Shown piece by piece: positions 61,092-64,000 of a stretch of 64,000 nucleotides of DNA. Numbering within the stretch: the first letter of the stretch is position 1; every line of letters starts with the position of its first letter. Origin of the DNA: Albugo candida (Eukaryota); assembly GCA_040437565.1 (NCBI GenBank), contig JBDOQK010000007.1:496001-560000 (forward strand), in the 5' to 3' direction. The notes beneath the pieces were generated by a model that ran no database searches, had not been told where the DNA came from, and saw nothing but the letters and a program-made list of their open reading frames with translations. The translations under genes and the position numbers were made by a program.

Positions 61092-62913
61092 CTATGCGAC
61101 TTTATCTGTCGACTTCTGGGAAGGTTCCGGTGAGTTGATCAGGTTCAACGTAGAATCCTTTCTTTTGGTTTTATTATCCATAGGCCAGCCTTGCACCTCT
61201 GAAATTGTGTCGTGTGGTACAAGAGAATGGGAGGGCGCTGGCATGCTTTCCTGCCGTCGCGTATTTGACGCTGATTGGACCCTCGCTGAAGAAGATGATC
61301 TTCCATTATTTGCTGACATTGGGCGAGGGGGCCTAAACAATGTAGGATGCTGTGATTCCGTTCTATTTTTGTACTGTAGTATGAGTTGACGTGATTCGTG
61401 CTGTGAATCAAAAAAGTGTAAGGCTAATAATGTTAAGGAAATCGGTTCAATTTCCACCTGAGTCCGCTGAATCTCCTCCATCAATGCCGCATTCTCCTCA
61501 CCTAGATTGATGATCATCGTCGATAAGGGCCCTTTGATGTCATATAAATCATCCTCGAGCGATTTCATTCGCGCTCTGAGCTTACGAAACTGCTCATCAA
61601 AGTGCTTGTCTCGTTCGGTTTCAGGCAGAATGGTTGCACACGTCTTGTTAAAGTGCTTTTTATCGATTTCTGCGTCTCTTAATGCATGTTCGAGAAGGCT
61701 CAATTTTTTGTCGACAGTTTGTTGATAGCTTCTCAGTTTCGCGTCAATAGCTCGTTGCACTGTTACTATTTTTTCTTCGATGACTTGTTGATTTGTGTTC
61801 AATTTTACATCGATGATTTGCTGATGATCATTAATTTCTTCACTGAGACGTTTCTGGAAATTTTCCGCCACCAGTTTGCGTTCCGATGAGATAAATGCTT
61901 CTATATCTTCTACTTGGTGGAGCGCCTTGGTCCTCTTTTCTTCAGTTTCTGAAGTTGTTGAATCAGTCTGTGTTGTGGTTGTACGCACATGTACATCATC
62001 CCTTTGCACCTTGGACTTCTCCCGCTCGAATTGGATATTCTCAGGCCTTTGATCCGATGAAAGCTCTCCTTTCAAAGCCTTTATCTTGCGATTTGTAACA
62101 AAGTTTGGTTGAACCAGCCGTGCTGCTTTTCTATCAGATTGTGAATACGCAAGAGCCATTTCTTCTCTGCTCTTCTCAAGCTGACGTTCATCAGCCTCCA
62201 CAGAAATTTTCATTTCATCTTTCAATGAAAAGTCACTTTTCTTATAATCATTGTTGGAACTTGTGATGGATATACGTTCTATCGATTCCGCATCTTTTCT
62301 ATGGAGCTGAGAATCTACAGCAAACATCCATTCAGCCGTTTTACGATTACCAACTTCGTTTTGACGTTCATAATCAGTCACATGTCGTTGTAAATTGATA
62401 AGCTCGGCATTCATTTGAGCTATTGTACGCTCAAGGCTGTACAAACCCTCTTCCTTATTCTGTCTGAAGACGCTGTGGAACTTTAAGGTATCTGATAATT
62501 TTATATCTATCCGATCATCAACATCTTTCGCAAATGACTGGAATCGATCGATAATCCTCTCTTCCACAGTCTGACATTGCTTCTTTATGTCCGATACAAT
62601 CGACTACCTTATATACATCAAATTTGAGATAAGCACAAGTTGAAGTGCTGCTTGCCTTGTAAAGCGACTTTTCTCGTTGGGACTTTTGTATCGAATCATT
62701 TGCCTCCATATCATCCTTTTTCTTTACCAGCTTGATCATAGCTTCCTTGGCACGGTCAACAAGTAAGATTGCTGCAGATTGCGATATCTGTTCGCGAAAG
62801 CAATGTTCAGCTTGTTACACTTAGACAGAAATCACTCAAAATTACCAAACCTTCGTTGACATCGCGGCATCAAGCTGCACGGTAGACACTAAAGTCGCAA
62901 AACGTTCGTTCAT
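61092..62913 (-). CDS. Coiled-coil hypothetical protein (multi-exon)
   Basis: 491-aa heptad-rich ORF plus upstream short exons with GT-AG boundaries; both ends uncertain. Confidence 0.6.
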
Positions 62914-63133
62914 TTCTCGTGCATTTCGTTGGGTACACTTTGCACTCTCTCGAAGTTCCTTTATTTGCTCTTTGAGACCAGTTACTTCACGCCAAAGAAA
63001 ATTCGCGTCTGCGCAGCATTTTCAGTCTATGTCTTACAAGCGCGTTGCGTGGCGCACCTGCAATCCCTACAGACATGTTCCAAGTTTGTCGGTCTCACGT
63101 TATGTTCATCGAACCTAAAAAAGAACAAGTCAC

Positions 63134-64000
63134 ATGATCGCGTCGAGTTTGCGTTCCGTTAGGCATCACTATCTATATAAAATCAATATAAATCGCTCTA
63201 ATTTTCGACATGCCGCATTATACACTGAATATACGCATTCCAAGATCGTCACTGAGAAGATTCCAGGACCAAAGTCGCTAGAGCGAATAAATAAGCTCAA
63301 TCGTCGACAGAATACATCCACAATCCAATATTTAGTCGATTACGAAGCAAGCTATGGCAACTATCTTGTGGACTTGGATGGAAATCGGTTCCTTGATGTC
63401 TATGGACAGATCGGATCGATTCCGCTTGGTTATAATCATCCTGGGATACTCAAAATGTTGCGAGATGAGAAAAATCTACCTTTATTGGCACAAAGACCTA
63501 GCTTGGGCCTATTTCCACCTTGGGATTGGGATGAAAGACTGGAGAGGACTTTAGGAAAGATTGCGCCGAAAGGACTGGGCGAAATCAACACTCAGATGTG
63601 TGGTTCATGTTCCAATGAAAATGCTTTTAAAGCCGCATTTATCTGGTTTCGAACAAATCAGAGAGGTGGAAAACCTCCTTCAGTGGATGATTTGGAGAGC
63701 TCTATGAAAAATAACTCTCCAGGGGCTCCGAACTTGGGTATACTGTCATTTGAAGGAGGTTTTCACGGACGACTTCTTGGATGCTTATCGACAACACATT
63801 CAAATCCGATTCACAAAGTCGACATCCCGGCTTTTGACTGGCCTGTTGCACCATTCCCAGAACTCAGGTATCCTCTCGAGGAACACCAACATTACAACGC
63901 AGCAGAGGAAAATCGATGTCTTGAAAAAACAGAGCAGATTTTACATAATTGTAATCAGCAACTTTTAGGAAAAGATGAAATCACTATTGCTGGGATGATA
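63134..64000 (+). CDS. ABAT: 4-aminobutyrate aminotransferase (GABA-T), mitochondrial type, runs off the window end
   Basis: Open frame from ATG 63134 with an Arg/Ser-rich presequence, IPGPKS, SYGNYLVDLDGNRFLDVYGQIGSIPLGYNHP, MCGSCSNENAFK, FHGRLLGCLSTT, DIPAFDWP. Confidence 0.93.
   Translation, partial: MIASSLRSVRHHYLYKININRSNFRHAALYTEYTHSKIVTEKIPGPKSLERINKLNRRQNTSTIQYLVDYEASYGNYLVDLDGNRFLDVYGQIGSIPLGYNHPGILKMLRDEKNLPLLAQRPSLGLFPPWDWDERLERTLGKIAPKGLGEINTQMCGSCSNENAFKAAFIWFRTNQRGGKPPSVDDLESSMKNNSPGAPNLGILSFEGGFHGRLLGCLSTTHSNPIHKVDIPAFDWPVAPFPELRYPLEEHQHYNAAEENRCLEKTEQILHNCNQQLLGKDEITIAGMI

Overview
Gene-dense eukaryotic scaffold with short (~45-70 bp) introns. The gene content (GPCR-PIP kinase fusion, oomycete-type Cys-rich mucin, extreme compaction) points to an oomycete, probably Albugo-like (inference). 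It contains about 23 protein genes: a POT/PTR transporter, MED8, a TPR protein, TAF12, TDP1, GPCR-PIPK, NRDE2, a PP2C, DENND6, WRAP73, eRF3, a large PriCT-2/EF-hand/FN3 protein, PFDN4, CCT4, a histidine phosphatase, a membrane protein, an acid phosphatase, MCM6, a Pro-rich GPI-type surface protein, a BMT5-like methyltransferase, a partial GABA aminotransferase and orphans. An accessory block at ~12.6-19.6 kb holds a tandem duplication of a decaying repeat-protein gene, an LTR with a 5-bp target-site duplication and a near-perfect 267-bp fold-back hairpin. There are nine 100-N gaps, most flanked by artefactual duplications. The most unusual item is the ~1750-aa protein at 39372-44702: two primase-accessory PriCT-2-like domains with no primase or helicase, EF-hand pairs inserted inside FN3 domains, and a DUF7699-like C-terminus. 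All domain calls come from motif recognition by eye, not database searches.
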